A DNA stretch of 62,433 nt, the filler included. It is 3 parts of 3 records of this genome, joined end to end, with 100 filler letters (N's around TTAATTAATTAA, not from the genome) between each part and the next. Parts side by side here need not be neighbours in the genome. Positions count along the whole stretch, not along the records: positions 43,370 to 62,433 come from SRR20825006_1310; 2 more parts are not named here. One strand, given 5' to 3'. Below, piece by piece: positions 46,492 through 55,577 of the stretch. Position 1 is the stretch's first letter; every line of letters begins with the position of its first letter. A program made the translations under genes and the position numbers. Under the pieces are notes generated by a model that saw only the letters and a program-made list of their open reading frames with translations, had not been told where the DNA came from and did no database searches.

Positions 46492-49400
46492 ATGGCTGGA
46501 GCGCTTCACATAGGCCAGGTCGATTCGGTCACGCTCGATCTCGAGTGCGGTTCGTGTCAGGCAAGGTTTCGCATCACCCCGAGCGAGTCCACCGTTCGCG
46601 CCCGCACCATCGATTGCATGCGCTGCGGTCAGCCGCTCGAGGTCCCCGCATACGACGCCAACCGTGGCTGGAAACGCGCCGCGCCAGGTTCGGTGTTTCA
46701 TCGCTTTCGGTCCGAACTCCCCGCGCCGCTGCTCGACTCCGACGCGCTCGACGCGCCAGCTCCGACGCCAAAGTCGACGCCAAGGCCTGAGCCAGGGCCG
46801 GAGCCACAGTCAGAGCTAAAGTCAGAGCCAGGCAGCGAACTTCGCCAGGAACCGAGCGTCCGTGCTCCCCGCAAGGAGCGTCCACGGTTTGCCTTCGAGA
46901 CCTTTGTCCCCGGAGAACCTCAGCGCGCGACCCGCGAAGTCGACGCCCGCGTCGCGCCCAGGGAGCTCGCGCCCGAGAGCAGCGCCCAGGATGAGGATCT
47001 CGACGTGTTGCTCGGCAAGGCGCGAGCGCTCAAGCGCTCGCGCGGTCAGGATACGCCAACAAATGACTCCGCGCCCACGCCCTCGCTCGATGAAGCTGCC
47101 CCCGTGATCGAGGATGTCTCCAAGCCCACCGAGCCGCTCTCGAGAGAAACCATCGAGAACATCACCAGCCAGGACGCCATCGACGTGGCGTTCGAGCCGC
47201 CGCTCGAGGCGGCGTCTCTCGAGGAGAGCGTGGTGATTCACGATAGCGCTGATTCAGACCCTTCATGGGCCGAGAGCGCATCTCATGCCGAGAACGAGGA
47301 TCGCGAGCAAGGTATCGAGCTCGCCAGACCTCCAGAGTTCTTGCCAACCTTTGAACCGGAGCCCGAGCGCTTCGAGCTCCAACTCGGCGATCAAATCATC
47401 GGCCCGCTCGATACAACCAGCGTGCACGCGCTGCTCGCTGGCGGACTCCATGGCGTGGCTCGCGTTCGTGTGGTCGGCGAGGATGGCTGGCGCGCGCTGG
47501 ACGAGCACGAGGTCTTCGGGATCTTTTTCGATGATTTCGAGGAGGAGAGCGAGGAGCCAGAAGATGCGATCCTCCTCGATGACGAGGTCGAGGATGCGTT
47601 CTTCAAGACGCTCCCGATGGCCTCGCTCGCCGAACATATCGAGCTCCCACCTCCTGTCGAAGAGGGGCTCGCGAGCCCCTCCGAGATCTTGAGAGCTCCT
47701 CCGCTCCCTGCCGACGCGCTCTCCGAAGTGCTCGAGGATGAGCCAGAGGATGAGCCAGAGGATGATTTGGAGGACGCGCCAGAAGACGAAGCTCCTGCCA
47801 GCGAGTCGACTCCACGAACCGAAGAGGGCTCCACAGAGATCCTCCTCGACGAGGATCTCTTCGACATCGGAGATGCGCCCGCCACAAAGCCTCTCGAGCC
47901 GCCTCGTTCGGCTCCTACAGAGCCTTCCCCGGTCGAGTCAGCGCCCGAAGCAAAGCATCTCGAGCAAGAGCAGGCGGTCACGGCGCCAGCGGCCAAGACG
48001 CCCTCCGAGACAGCGGAGGAGGAGGCAGCGAAAGCACCCGAGGTCGAGGGTATCTCCGAGGAGCCCGAGGTCGAACCTGCCGCAGAGCCGCTCGCGGCGC
48101 CTGTTTCCACGCGCCAGCCGATGGGGGCAGGCGCTCGCATCCTCGTGGGGTTGCTGATCCTCGCGCTCGTCGTCGGCGCGTTTGTCGCAGGAGATCGGCT
48201 CAAGCCGATCTCCAAGAACCTCGAGCAACGCGCGACCGCCACGGCCAACGAAGTCCGCATGATGATTTCGCTCGAGCCCGAGGTCGCGAGCGCGCAGGCG
48301 GTCTCGACCGCGAGCACGATGGTCAAGCTCGCCGCCCAGCAAAACTGGCAATCGCGCGAACGTCAGCGCGAAGTCGCCGCGTCGTTGCTCGAAGAGGGCG
48401 ACGCGACAGCCGCGAATAACGTCCTGCGGCACCTCTGGCTCGCCGAGCCAAGACGCAACGCATCACTCGCCATGCTCTACGCGAAGGCGCTGCTCGCGGT
48501 AAACGAGTACAGCCTCGCCAGAGATGTCGCCGTCGAGGGGAGGATGCTCTCGCCGGATCTTCCTGGATTCGAGGCGATCTTCCTCGAGGCCGTCAAGCAA
48601 GACCCCGCGCTCCACCCCGAGACGCGCACGATCGTGCCGGACAAGGAGATCGACGAGATCCGCGCGCTCGGAGGTGGCAAGTCCATCTCGTTCAAGCTGC
48701 GACAGAAGGGGGAGAACCTCTACGCCTTCAAACCGGCGCAGGTGGAGTGGGGCGAAGGTTGGCGCTCCGAGGTCGCGGCGTATCTGTTGTGCGAGGCTGT
48801 TTCGTGTAACTTCGAGGTCCCCGAGAGCTTGCCCGCGCGCATCAGCCGCGAGGACTTCGAGGAGCTCTACGGGCGACACACCTCTCCAAAGCAAAACGCT
48901 TACAAGGAGCGCTTTGGCGAACTCACCTGGGTCACCGAGAAGGGCCCCGATGGCGAGGAGCGCGAGTATCTCCATGGCGTGATCAAGGAGTGGGTCCCCG
49001 GGTTTGTCGAGTGGCCTATCGAATACATCGGCACCTGGAACTCGCTCGTGGATTCTGGCCAGAAGCTCTCCAACCTGGATCGCAGCTTCAACGCCGCCTT
49101 CTCTTCGCTGCGGCTCAAGCAGCAGCGCAAGTACTGGTATCCGATCACCAGGGAGCGCGAGGGAGCGTCGACGAGGGAGATCGCCAGCGGCCTCTCGAGC
49201 CTGACGCTGTTCGACTTCCTCACCAACAACTGGGATCGCTACTCGCAGGTCGAGGCGTACTACGGCGTCAACAACCACTTCAAGGATGGGCGGTTCCTCT
49301 CACTGGACAATGGCGCGGCGTTTCACTTGCAACCGATGCTGGTGGTCAAGCAACGCTTTGGCCTCGTCAGTCGCTTTAGCCAGAGGTTTGTCGTCGGCGT

Positions 49401-49566
49401 GAGGATGATGCAACGCGAGCAGTTCGATCCGGTCTTCTTCCCGAGCGACTCCCAGGAAGCAAACACTCGCCTCGATGTCTTCTGGGAGCAGCGCGAGAAG
49501 GCGCTCGCGCGCATCGATGAGCTCGTCGAAGAGCGCGGGGAAGACGCCGTCCTGTGCTTTGAATAA
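46492..49566 (+). CDS. Zn-ribbon / acidic linker / GYF-like / TM / TPR / FAM20-four-jointed-like kinase protein
   Basis: CGSC...CMRC; IIGPL...VGEDGWRAL; TM at about 48139-48189; LGGGKS, AFKP, EVAAY, FDFLTNNWDR, LDNG. Confidence 0.8.
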   Translation: MAGALHIGQVDSVTLDLECGSCQARFRITPSESTVRARTIDCMRCGQPLEVPAYDANRGWKRAAPGSVFHRFRSELPAPLLDSDALDAPAPTPKSTPRPEPGPEPQSELKSEPGSELRQEPSVRAPRKERPRFAFETFVPGEPQRATREVDARVAPRELAPESSAQDEDLDVLLGKARALKRSRGQDTPTNDSAPTPSLDEAAPVIEDVSKPTEPLSRETIENITSQDAIDVAFEPPLEAASLEESVVIHDSADSDPSWAESASHAENEDREQGIELARPPEFLPTFEPEPERFELQLGDQIIGPLDTTSVHALLAGGLHGVARVRVVGEDGWRALDEHEVFGIFFDDFEEESEEPEDAILLDDEVEDAFFKTLPMASLAEHIELPPPVEEGLASPSEILRAPPLPADALSEVLEDEPEDEPEDDLEDAPEDEAPASESTPRTEEGSTEILLDEDLFDIGDAPATKPLEPPRSAPTEPSPVESAPEAKHLEQEQAVTAPAAKTPSETAEEEAAKAPEVEGISEEPEVEPAAEPLAAPVSTRQPMGAGARILVGLLILALVVGAFVAGDRLKPISKNLEQRATATANEVRMMISLEPEVASAQAVSTASTMVKLAAQQNWQSRERQREVAASLLEEGDATAANNVLRHLWLAEPRRNASLAMLYAKALLAVNEYSLARDVAVEGRMLSPDLPGFEAIFLEAVKQDPALHPETRTIVPDKEIDEIRALGGGKSISFKLRQKGENLYAFKPAQVEWGEGWRSEVAAYLLCEAVSCNFEVPESLPARISREDFEELYGRHTSPKQNAYKERFGELTWVTEKGPDGEEREYLHGVIKEWVPGFVEWPIEYIGTWNSLVDSGQKLSNLDRSFNAAFSSLRLKQQRKYWYPITREREGASTREIASGLSSLTLFDFLTNNWDRYSQVEAYYGVNNHFKDGRFLSLDNGAAFHLQPMLVVKQRFGLVSRFSQRFVVGVRMMQREQFDPVFFPSDSQEANTRLDVFWEQREKALARIDELVEERGEDAVLCFE

Positions 49567-49712
49567 GCCTCGTGCGCGTCGTGCTCGATCCGATGGCGAG
49601 ATAAGAGTATGATGAAGATACTCTTTCCTATCGAAACAGCGCAGGCGCCAGCGGGGGCGCGATGTTCGGTCGAGGTAAGAGCTCGTGCTATGAACTGCCC
49701 TGGAGATATGAA

Positions 49713-52700
49713 ATGTCACGCAAGTTGTTGTCTCTGTTTCTCTTCCTGTCGATGTTCTTCATCGCGCCGCTGACCGCTGGCGCGCAGACATTGACGACCA
49801 CGTTGGCTGGTGGCAACAGCTTCAACGGCAACATGTTCGAGATCGTCGCGCGCGATGACATCACCATCGATGGCTTCGATGTGCACATCGCCACAGGTAC
49901 CCAGACCATCGAGGTCTACTATCGCGCGGGCTCATACTCGGGCTTCGAGGGGAGCTCGGCGGGGTGGACGCTCGCGGGCTCGGCCACAGTGTCTGGCGCA
50001 GGTCAGGGGGTCGCCACGAGCGTGCCCATCGATGTGAACCTCGATATCTCCTCCGGCTCTCGCTACGCGTTCTACGTCACCAACACCTCGGGGACGATGT
50101 ATTACACCGACGGTGGCACAGAGGGCTCCGTCTACGCGCAGAACGCGGACCTCTTCTTCTACGAGGGGATCGGCAAGGCGTATCCGTTCGGGAGCACATT
50201 CCGACCGCGCGTATGGAACGGCGTGATCCGATACTCCAAGAATTCTCTGCCTCCCACGATCAACCCGATCTCTTCGCAGAGTACCAACGAGGACACACCC
50301 AAGACGGTCTCGGTCGGGATCAGCGATCCCGATACGGCGGCGGCAAACCTGACGGTGACGGCGACCTCTTCGAACGCTTCGGTGGTCGCCAACAGCGGCC
50401 TGAACGTGAGCGGCACCGGGACGACTCGCACGTTGCAAATCACTCCGGCGGCGAATGCTTTCGGGACGACCTCGATCACCGTCACTGTCTCCGATGGCAC
50501 GAGCACGGCGTCGACGAACTTCAACCTGACGGTCAACTCGGTCAACGACGCGCCATCATTTGTCTCTGGCGGCGATGTGACCGTCGCCGAAGACAGCGGC
50601 GCGTACTCGATGGCCTGGGGAGCTTCGCTCTCTGCCGGGCCTTCCAACGAGTCGAGCCAGACCCTGAGCTTTAACCTGTCGTGTAACTCAGGCGCGCTCT
50701 TCTCCTCGCAACCTGCCATAAGCAATGGGAACGTGCTCTCGTTCACGCCCGCCGCCAACGCCTCCGGGACCTCCGATTGCAGCGCGACCTTGCAGGACTC
50801 TGGCGGCACCGCCAACGGTGGCGTCAACACGAGCGCCCCGGTGAACTTCCAGATCGTGATCAGCGCGGTCAACGATCCTCCCACCGCGAGCCCGCAATCG
50901 GTCACCACGCCAGAAGACACTGACGTGGACATCACGCTAGCGGGCGCAGATGTCGAACCGGGCGCGCTCCAGTTCATCATCGTGACGCAACCCACGCATG
51001 GCTCGCTCACAGGAACGGGGGATGTGCGCACCTACGCGCCTGACGCGGACTATGCGGGCTCGGACTTCTTCACCTACAAAGTGCGCGATGCTGGCGGCGC
51101 GGAGAGCACCGAAGAGACCGTCTCGATCACGATCACGCCGGTCAACGACGCGCCTCGCTTTATCGCGCCGACGCCAGATGGGATGACGCCGATTGTCGCG
51201 CCGGAGGGCGTCGCGCTCGATCTTCAGGTCGACGCCGAGGATGTCGACGGCGACCTCATCACCCTTGGCGCCACGGGGGTTCCGCAAGGTGCAATGTGGG
51301 ACCCATCGGCGGGGACCTTCTCGTGGACCCCTGGTTACCAGGACGCAGGCGATCACCTGGTGACCTTCTCGGCCACCGACGGCGTGTTGACCACGACGCG
51401 CGACATCCTGATCACGGTCACCTTCGCTGACGCAGACATGGACGGCGTGCCAGACTCCTGGGAGATGGCAAACGGCCTCGACACCACGACCAATGATTCT
51501 GATGGCGACCTGATCTCGGATCTCTACGAGGTCGGTGATGACCTCGATAACCCTCACGATTCGGATGGCGATGGCAACCTGGACGCGCTCGAGCTGGATT
51601 CGGATGGTGATGGCATCCAGGACGGCTCCGAGTCGGGCGACAATGACATCACCACCGACCCCATCGACACCGATGGCGACGGCATCCCCGACTATCGTGA
51701 CATGGACTCGGATGATGATGGCGCCAGCGATGGGATGGACAACTGCCGCCTGATCATCAACGCCGATCAGGCAAACCTCGATGGCGACTTCTTCGGTGAC
51801 GCCTGTGACGATGACATCGACGGCGACATGCTCGCCAACAGCGTCGAGTTGATGCTGATGCTCGATCCTCAGAACCCCGACAGCGATGGCGACAGCATCC
51901 CGGATGGTTTCGAGGTCGGCGATCCTGCGATGCCCACTGATACGGATATGGACACGTTGATCGACGCGCTCGATCCAGACTCGGATAATGACGGCGTCGA
52001 TGACGTGCTCGAAGCAGGTGACGCGGACCTGATGACCGCGCCCGTCGACACGGACATGGACGGTACGCCTGACTTCCGAGACGAGGACTCCGATGGCGAT
52101 CAGATCCTCGACTCCGAGCCTGACAACTGCCGCATCGTGGCTAACCCCGATCAGGTCGACACCGATATGAACGGCGAGGGCGACGCGTGTGATGGCGACC
52201 TCGACGGTGATAGCGTGTCCAACGAGGAGGACAACTGCCCGATGCTCGCCAACATGGATCAGGCCGACCTCGATATGGACATGACAGGCGATGCCTGCGA
52301 TGGCGACGTGGACGGTGACGAGATCGATAACGACACGGACAACTGTCCGCTCGTGGTCAACATGGATCAACTCGACACCGACGGAGACGAACTCGGCGAC
52401 GCGTGCGATGACGATGATGATGGCGATGGAGCCATCGACGAGGAGGATAACTGCCCGCTCGTCGCCAACGAGGATCAGCTCGACACCGACGGTGATGATC
52501 TGGGCGACGCGTGTGATGATGACGATGACGGTGACAACGTCGCGGACGAGGATGACGCCTGCCCGCTCGAGGCTGGTGATGGCGCTGACGGCTGCGAGGT
52601 CGTCGAGGAGCCCGATCTCGGCTCGAACGGGGACGCAGACATGGGCATGGATAACGACATGGGCATGTCTGCGGATATGGGCGACATGGGGCCACCCCCG

Positions 52701-52832
52701 CTTCGTGACTCGGGCGTGGGCTGTGGGTGCGCGAGCGCGACGGCCAAAGAGAACGCCGGTGACCTCGGCCTCGGCTTCCTCCTTCTCGGCTTGCTGTTCG
52801 GCGGCCGCTCGGTGAGGCGTCGATGGCTGTGA
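49713..52832 (+). CDS. Surface adhesin-like protein with cadherin/Ig-like repeats, thrombospondin type-3 repeats and MYXO-CTERM
   Basis: Signal peptide, VNDAP/VNDPP repeats, DNCP...DQxDxDxDxxGDACD repeats, C-terminal GCGC-TM-RRR. Confidence 0.88.
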   Translation: MSRKLLSLFLFLSMFFIAPLTAGAQTLTTTLAGGNSFNGNMFEIVARDDITIDGFDVHIATGTQTIEVYYRAGSYSGFEGSSAGWTLAGSATVSGAGQGVATSVPIDVNLDISSGSRYAFYVTNTSGTMYYTDGGTEGSVYAQNADLFFYEGIGKAYPFGSTFRPRVWNGVIRYSKNSLPPTINPISSQSTNEDTPKTVSVGISDPDTAAANLTVTATSSNASVVANSGLNVSGTGTTRTLQITPAANAFGTTSITVTVSDGTSTASTNFNLTVNSVNDAPSFVSGGDVTVAEDSGAYSMAWGASLSAGPSNESSQTLSFNLSCNSGALFSSQPAISNGNVLSFTPAANASGTSDCSATLQDSGGTANGGVNTSAPVNFQIVISAVNDPPTASPQSVTTPEDTDVDITLAGADVEPGALQFIIVTQPTHGSLTGTGDVRTYAPDADYAGSDFFTYKVRDAGGAESTEETVSITITPVNDAPRFIAPTPDGMTPIVAPEGVALDLQVDAEDVDGDLITLGATGVPQGAMWDPSAGTFSWTPGYQDAGDHLVTFSATDGVLTTTRDILITVTFADADMDGVPDSWEMANGLDTTTNDSDGDLISDLYEVGDDLDNPHDSDGDGNLDALELDSDGDGIQDGSESGDNDITTDPIDTDGDGIPDYRDMDSDDDGASDGMDNCRLIINADQANLDGDFFGDACDDDIDGDMLANSVELMLMLDPQNPDSDGDSIPDGFEVGDPAMPTDTDMDTLIDALDPDSDNDGVDDVLEAGDADLMTAPVDTDMDGTPDFRDEDSDGDQILDSEPDNCRIVANPDQVDTDMNGEGDACDGDLDGDSVSNEEDNCPMLANMDQADLDMDMTGDACDGDVDGDEIDNDTDNCPLVVNMDQLDTDGDELGDACDDDDDGDGAIDEEDNCPLVANEDQLDTDGDDLGDACDDDDDGDNVADEDDACPLEAGDGADGCEVVEEPDLGSNGDADMGMDNDMGMSADMGDMGPPPLRDSGVGCGCASATAKENAGDLGLGFLLLGLLFGGRSVRRRWL
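51425..52600 (+). repeat. Asp-rich Ca-binding/TSP3 coding repeats
   Basis: Repeated DxDxDG and DNCP...GDACD units within the adhesin. Confidence 0.85.
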
Positions 52833-53623
52833 ACGCCGCCGCGCTCTGCGCGATGGTCGGGCTCTGTTCTTATCCTGCGACCGCGCCTCCTCCCGAGGAG
52901 GCCGCTTGCCTGATAGAGGCCTACCCGAAGCATATCTGCGATGTGCGCGCCAACCTCGTGTTCTGGTGCGATGGCGAGGTCATGCTCTATGACTCGATGA
53001 AGCGGTACAAAGATCACGACGATCTGTTGAATCACGCTGATATCCAGGATCAGCTCGTCCAACGCTATCCCATCGGTCGGGGGTATCCTATCCCGCTCCC
53101 CGTAGACTTCGAGCCCGGGAGGGTTCGCAACGAGCCCTTCTTCTTGAAGATGTATGGCGCCACCGCGCGCGAGGTCGACGCCACCTTGAAGCGCGTGCAC
53201 TGGATGCCTGATAGCGGCGGCAAGAAACTCAAGGTCACCGGCGTGAACAACGTCGATAAAAAGCTCGCCGAGGTCAGCCGCGAGCTCGAGTCGATGCCCG
53301 AAGCGAGCAGGCGCTTTGTCGAGGAGACCTCCGGGACATTCGTGTGGCGACGCATCAAGGGCACGGGTCGCCTGAGCATGCATAGTTTCGCCATCGCGGT
53401 TGACGTGGGCGTGCGTTACTCCGATTACTGGCGCTGGAACAAGCCGCTGGCGGACGGGAGCATCCCCTACAAAAATCGAATGCCCCTCGACGTCGTCGAG
53501 GTCTTCGAGAAACATGGGTTCATCTGGGGCGGGAAGTGGTACCACTTCGACACGATGCACTTCGAGTATCGCCCCGAACTCATCGCGTGTGGGGTTGGCC
53601 CCGTGGCCAAACCGACCGAATAA
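52823..53623 (+). CDS. M15-family zinc metallopeptidase (peptidoglycan peptidase)
   Basis: SMHSFAIAVD (SxHxxxxAxD), FIWGGKW, DTMHFEY. Confidence 0.9.
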   Translation: MAVNAAALCAMVGLCSYPATAPPPEEAACLIEAYPKHICDVRANLVFWCDGEVMLYDSMKRYKDHDDLLNHADIQDQLVQRYPIGRGYPIPLPVDFEPGRVRNEPFFLKMYGATAREVDATLKRVHWMPDSGGKKLKVTGVNNVDKKLAEVSRELESMPEASRRFVEETSGTFVWRRIKGTGRLSMHSFAIAVDVGVRYSDYWRWNKPLADGSIPYKNRMPLDVVEVFEKHGFIWGGKWYHFDTMHFEYRPELIACGVGPVAKPTE

Positions 53624-53659
53624 GCCGACCGCGACCTCCTGCAACACCGCTCGACAAAA

Positions 53660-54487
53660 ATGCCTGATCCATACTCGTACACTTTGAGGGACGTGCCCGA
53701 GCGCGTCGTCTGTCTCACTGAAGAACCCACCGAGTGGCTCTATTTGCTCGGCGAGCAAGAGCGCATCGTCGGAATCAGCGCCTACACCGAGCGCCCCGCC
53801 AGAGCGAAGGAGGAGCACCCTGTGGTGAGCGCTTTCATCGGTGGGAGCGTCAAGAAGATCAAGGCGTTAAAGCCAGATCTGATCATCGGCTTCTCGGACA
53901 TCCAGGCCCAGCTCGCTCACGATCTTATCAAGGAAAACCTCCAGGTCGTGATCTTCAATCAACGCTCGGTCCAAGAGATCCTGGATACGTTGATGATGAT
54001 GGGGAGGATCTTTGGCGCCGAGGCGCGCGCCCGCGAGCTCGTCTCGGGGTACGTGAAATCACTGACTGACTGCCGCGCGCGTGCGCTCGAGCGCACGCGC
54101 CGACCTCGCGTCTACTTCGAGGAGTGGGATGATCCTCTGATTTGCAGCATCGAGTGGGTCGGCGAGCTGATCGAGATCGTCGGCGGCGAGAACATCTTCG
54201 CCGAGCAATCGCGCGGGAAGTTGGCGAAAGAGCGCTTTGTCACGCACGAGGCGATCATCGAAGCTGATCCCGAAGTGATCCTCGCCAGCTGGTGCGGCAA
54301 ACCGGTCGATATCCAGAGCATTCGCGATCGTGCTGGCTATGAAAGGATCAGCGCGGTTCGTGAGAACCGCATCCACGAGCTCGATCCGGCCATCATACTC
54401 CAGCCTGGCCCCGCCTGCCTGACCGATGGGCTCGCTGTCCTGGAGAAACTCATCCACGCGGATGAAACCTCCCCCTTGGCAGGTTAA
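53660..54487 (+). CDS. Cobalamin-binding-protein-like (BtuF/TroA fold) protein
   Basis: PERVVCLTEE, LKPDLII, RVYFEEWDDP, LQPGP; no signal peptide. Confidence 0.82.
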   Translation: MPDPYSYTLRDVPERVVCLTEEPTEWLYLLGEQERIVGISAYTERPARAKEEHPVVSAFIGGSVKKIKALKPDLIIGFSDIQAQLAHDLIKENLQVVIFNQRSVQEILDTLMMMGRIFGAEARARELVSGYVKSLTDCRARALERTRRPRVYFEEWDDPLICSIEWVGELIEIVGGENIFAEQSRGKLAKERFVTHEAIIEADPEVILASWCGKPVDIQSIRDRAGYERISAVRENRIHELDPAIILQPGPACLTDGLAVLEKLIHADETSPLAG

Positions 54488-54545
54488 CCCTCCAGAGGTT
54501 ATACGCGCCGGGCGATCTGCTGCGCGGGTCGCGAGTCGTGAAAGT

Positions 54546-55577
54546 ATGAGGGATCTGAGAAAGATGCGAGAGCGATACAAAACCTGGGAAGCGCCACTGA
54601 GCATCGCGCCGATGATGCAGCGCACCGATCGTCACTACCGTTACATGATGCGTTGCATCACTCGCCGCACGTTGCTGTGGACCGAGATGGTGACCTCGCG
54701 CGCGATCCTGCACGGCGATAAGCCTTACCTTCTCGACTTCCATCAGGACGAGCATCCGCTCGTCTTACAAATCGGTGGCGATAACCCGGAGGAGAACGCC
54801 GAGGTTGCAAAGATCGCCGAGGAGTGGGGCTATGACGAGATCAACATCAACGTCGGATGTCCCAGCGATCGCGTTCAAAACGGCAACTTCGGCGCCTGCC
54901 TGATGCTCGATCCTCCTCGTGTCGCCGCGTGCGTCGAGGCGATGGCGCGCGTGGTCTCCATCCCTGTCACGGTCAAACACCGCATCGGCGTCGACGAGCG
55001 CGACAGGTACGAGGATATGCTCGACTTTGTCGACACCGTCACCGACGCGGGTGGCTGCATGCGCTTTACCGTGCACGCGCGCAAGGCGTGGTTGCAGGGG
55101 TTAAGCCCCAAGGAAAACCGCAACATCCCGCCGCTGCGTTACGAGGAGGTCTGGCGTCTCAAGCAGGAGCGCCCGGATCTGGTCGTGGAAATCAATGGCG
55201 GGATCAAGACGCTCGATGAGGTTCGCGAGCACCTCGAGCATGTCGACGCGGTGATGATCGGGCGCGCGGCTTATGATCGCCCGATGCTGTTCGCCGAAGC
55301 GGACCGACTGATTTATGGCGATGACGCGGTCGCGCCCACGCCACACGAGGTCTCGAGGGCGATGATGCCTTATATCGAGGAGCGCCTGCGCGAAGATGAT
55401 GGCTGCAAGCTGCACCACATCACGCGCCACATGATCAACCTCTTCGCGGGTTATCCTCGGGCGCGAACCTGGCGACGCTATATCAGCGAGCGCCATCACC
55501 TCGATGGCGCGGGTCCAGAGGTTATCGAAGAGGCGCTCTCGAGGATGCCCTCCGAGGAAGAGCTGCTCACGGGGTGA
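54546..55577 (+). CDS. dusA: tRNA dihydrouridine(20/20a) synthase
   Basis: APMM, NINVGCPSDRVQNGNFGACLM, VHARKAWLQGLSPKENR, VMIGR. Confidence 0.93.
   Translation: MRDLRKMRERYKTWEAPLSIAPMMQRTDRHYRYMMRCITRRTLLWTEMVTSRAILHGDKPYLLDFHQDEHPLVLQIGGDNPEENAEVAKIAEEWGYDEININVGCPSDRVQNGNFGACLMLDPPRVAACVEAMARVVSIPVTVKHRIGVDERDRYEDMLDFVDTVTDAGGCMRFTVHARKAWLQGLSPKENRNIPPLRYEEVWRLKQERPDLVVEINGGIKTLDEVREHLEHVDAVMIGRAAYDRPMLFAEADRLIYGDDAVAPTPHEVSRAMMPYIEERLREDDGCKLHHITRHMINLFAGYPRARTWRRYISERHHLDGAGPEVIEEALSRMPSEEELLTG

Noticed and set aside
50937-52370. Long antisense ORFs (also 57646-59079, 52475-53818, 32576-33559, 47391-48326, 36386-37303)
   Set aside because: Shadows of well-supported genes in GC-rich, codon-biased DNA; no recognisable motifs
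51425-52600. Repeats as CRISPR or mobile DNA
   Set aside because: They are TSP3/Ca-binding protein repeats with synonymous variation
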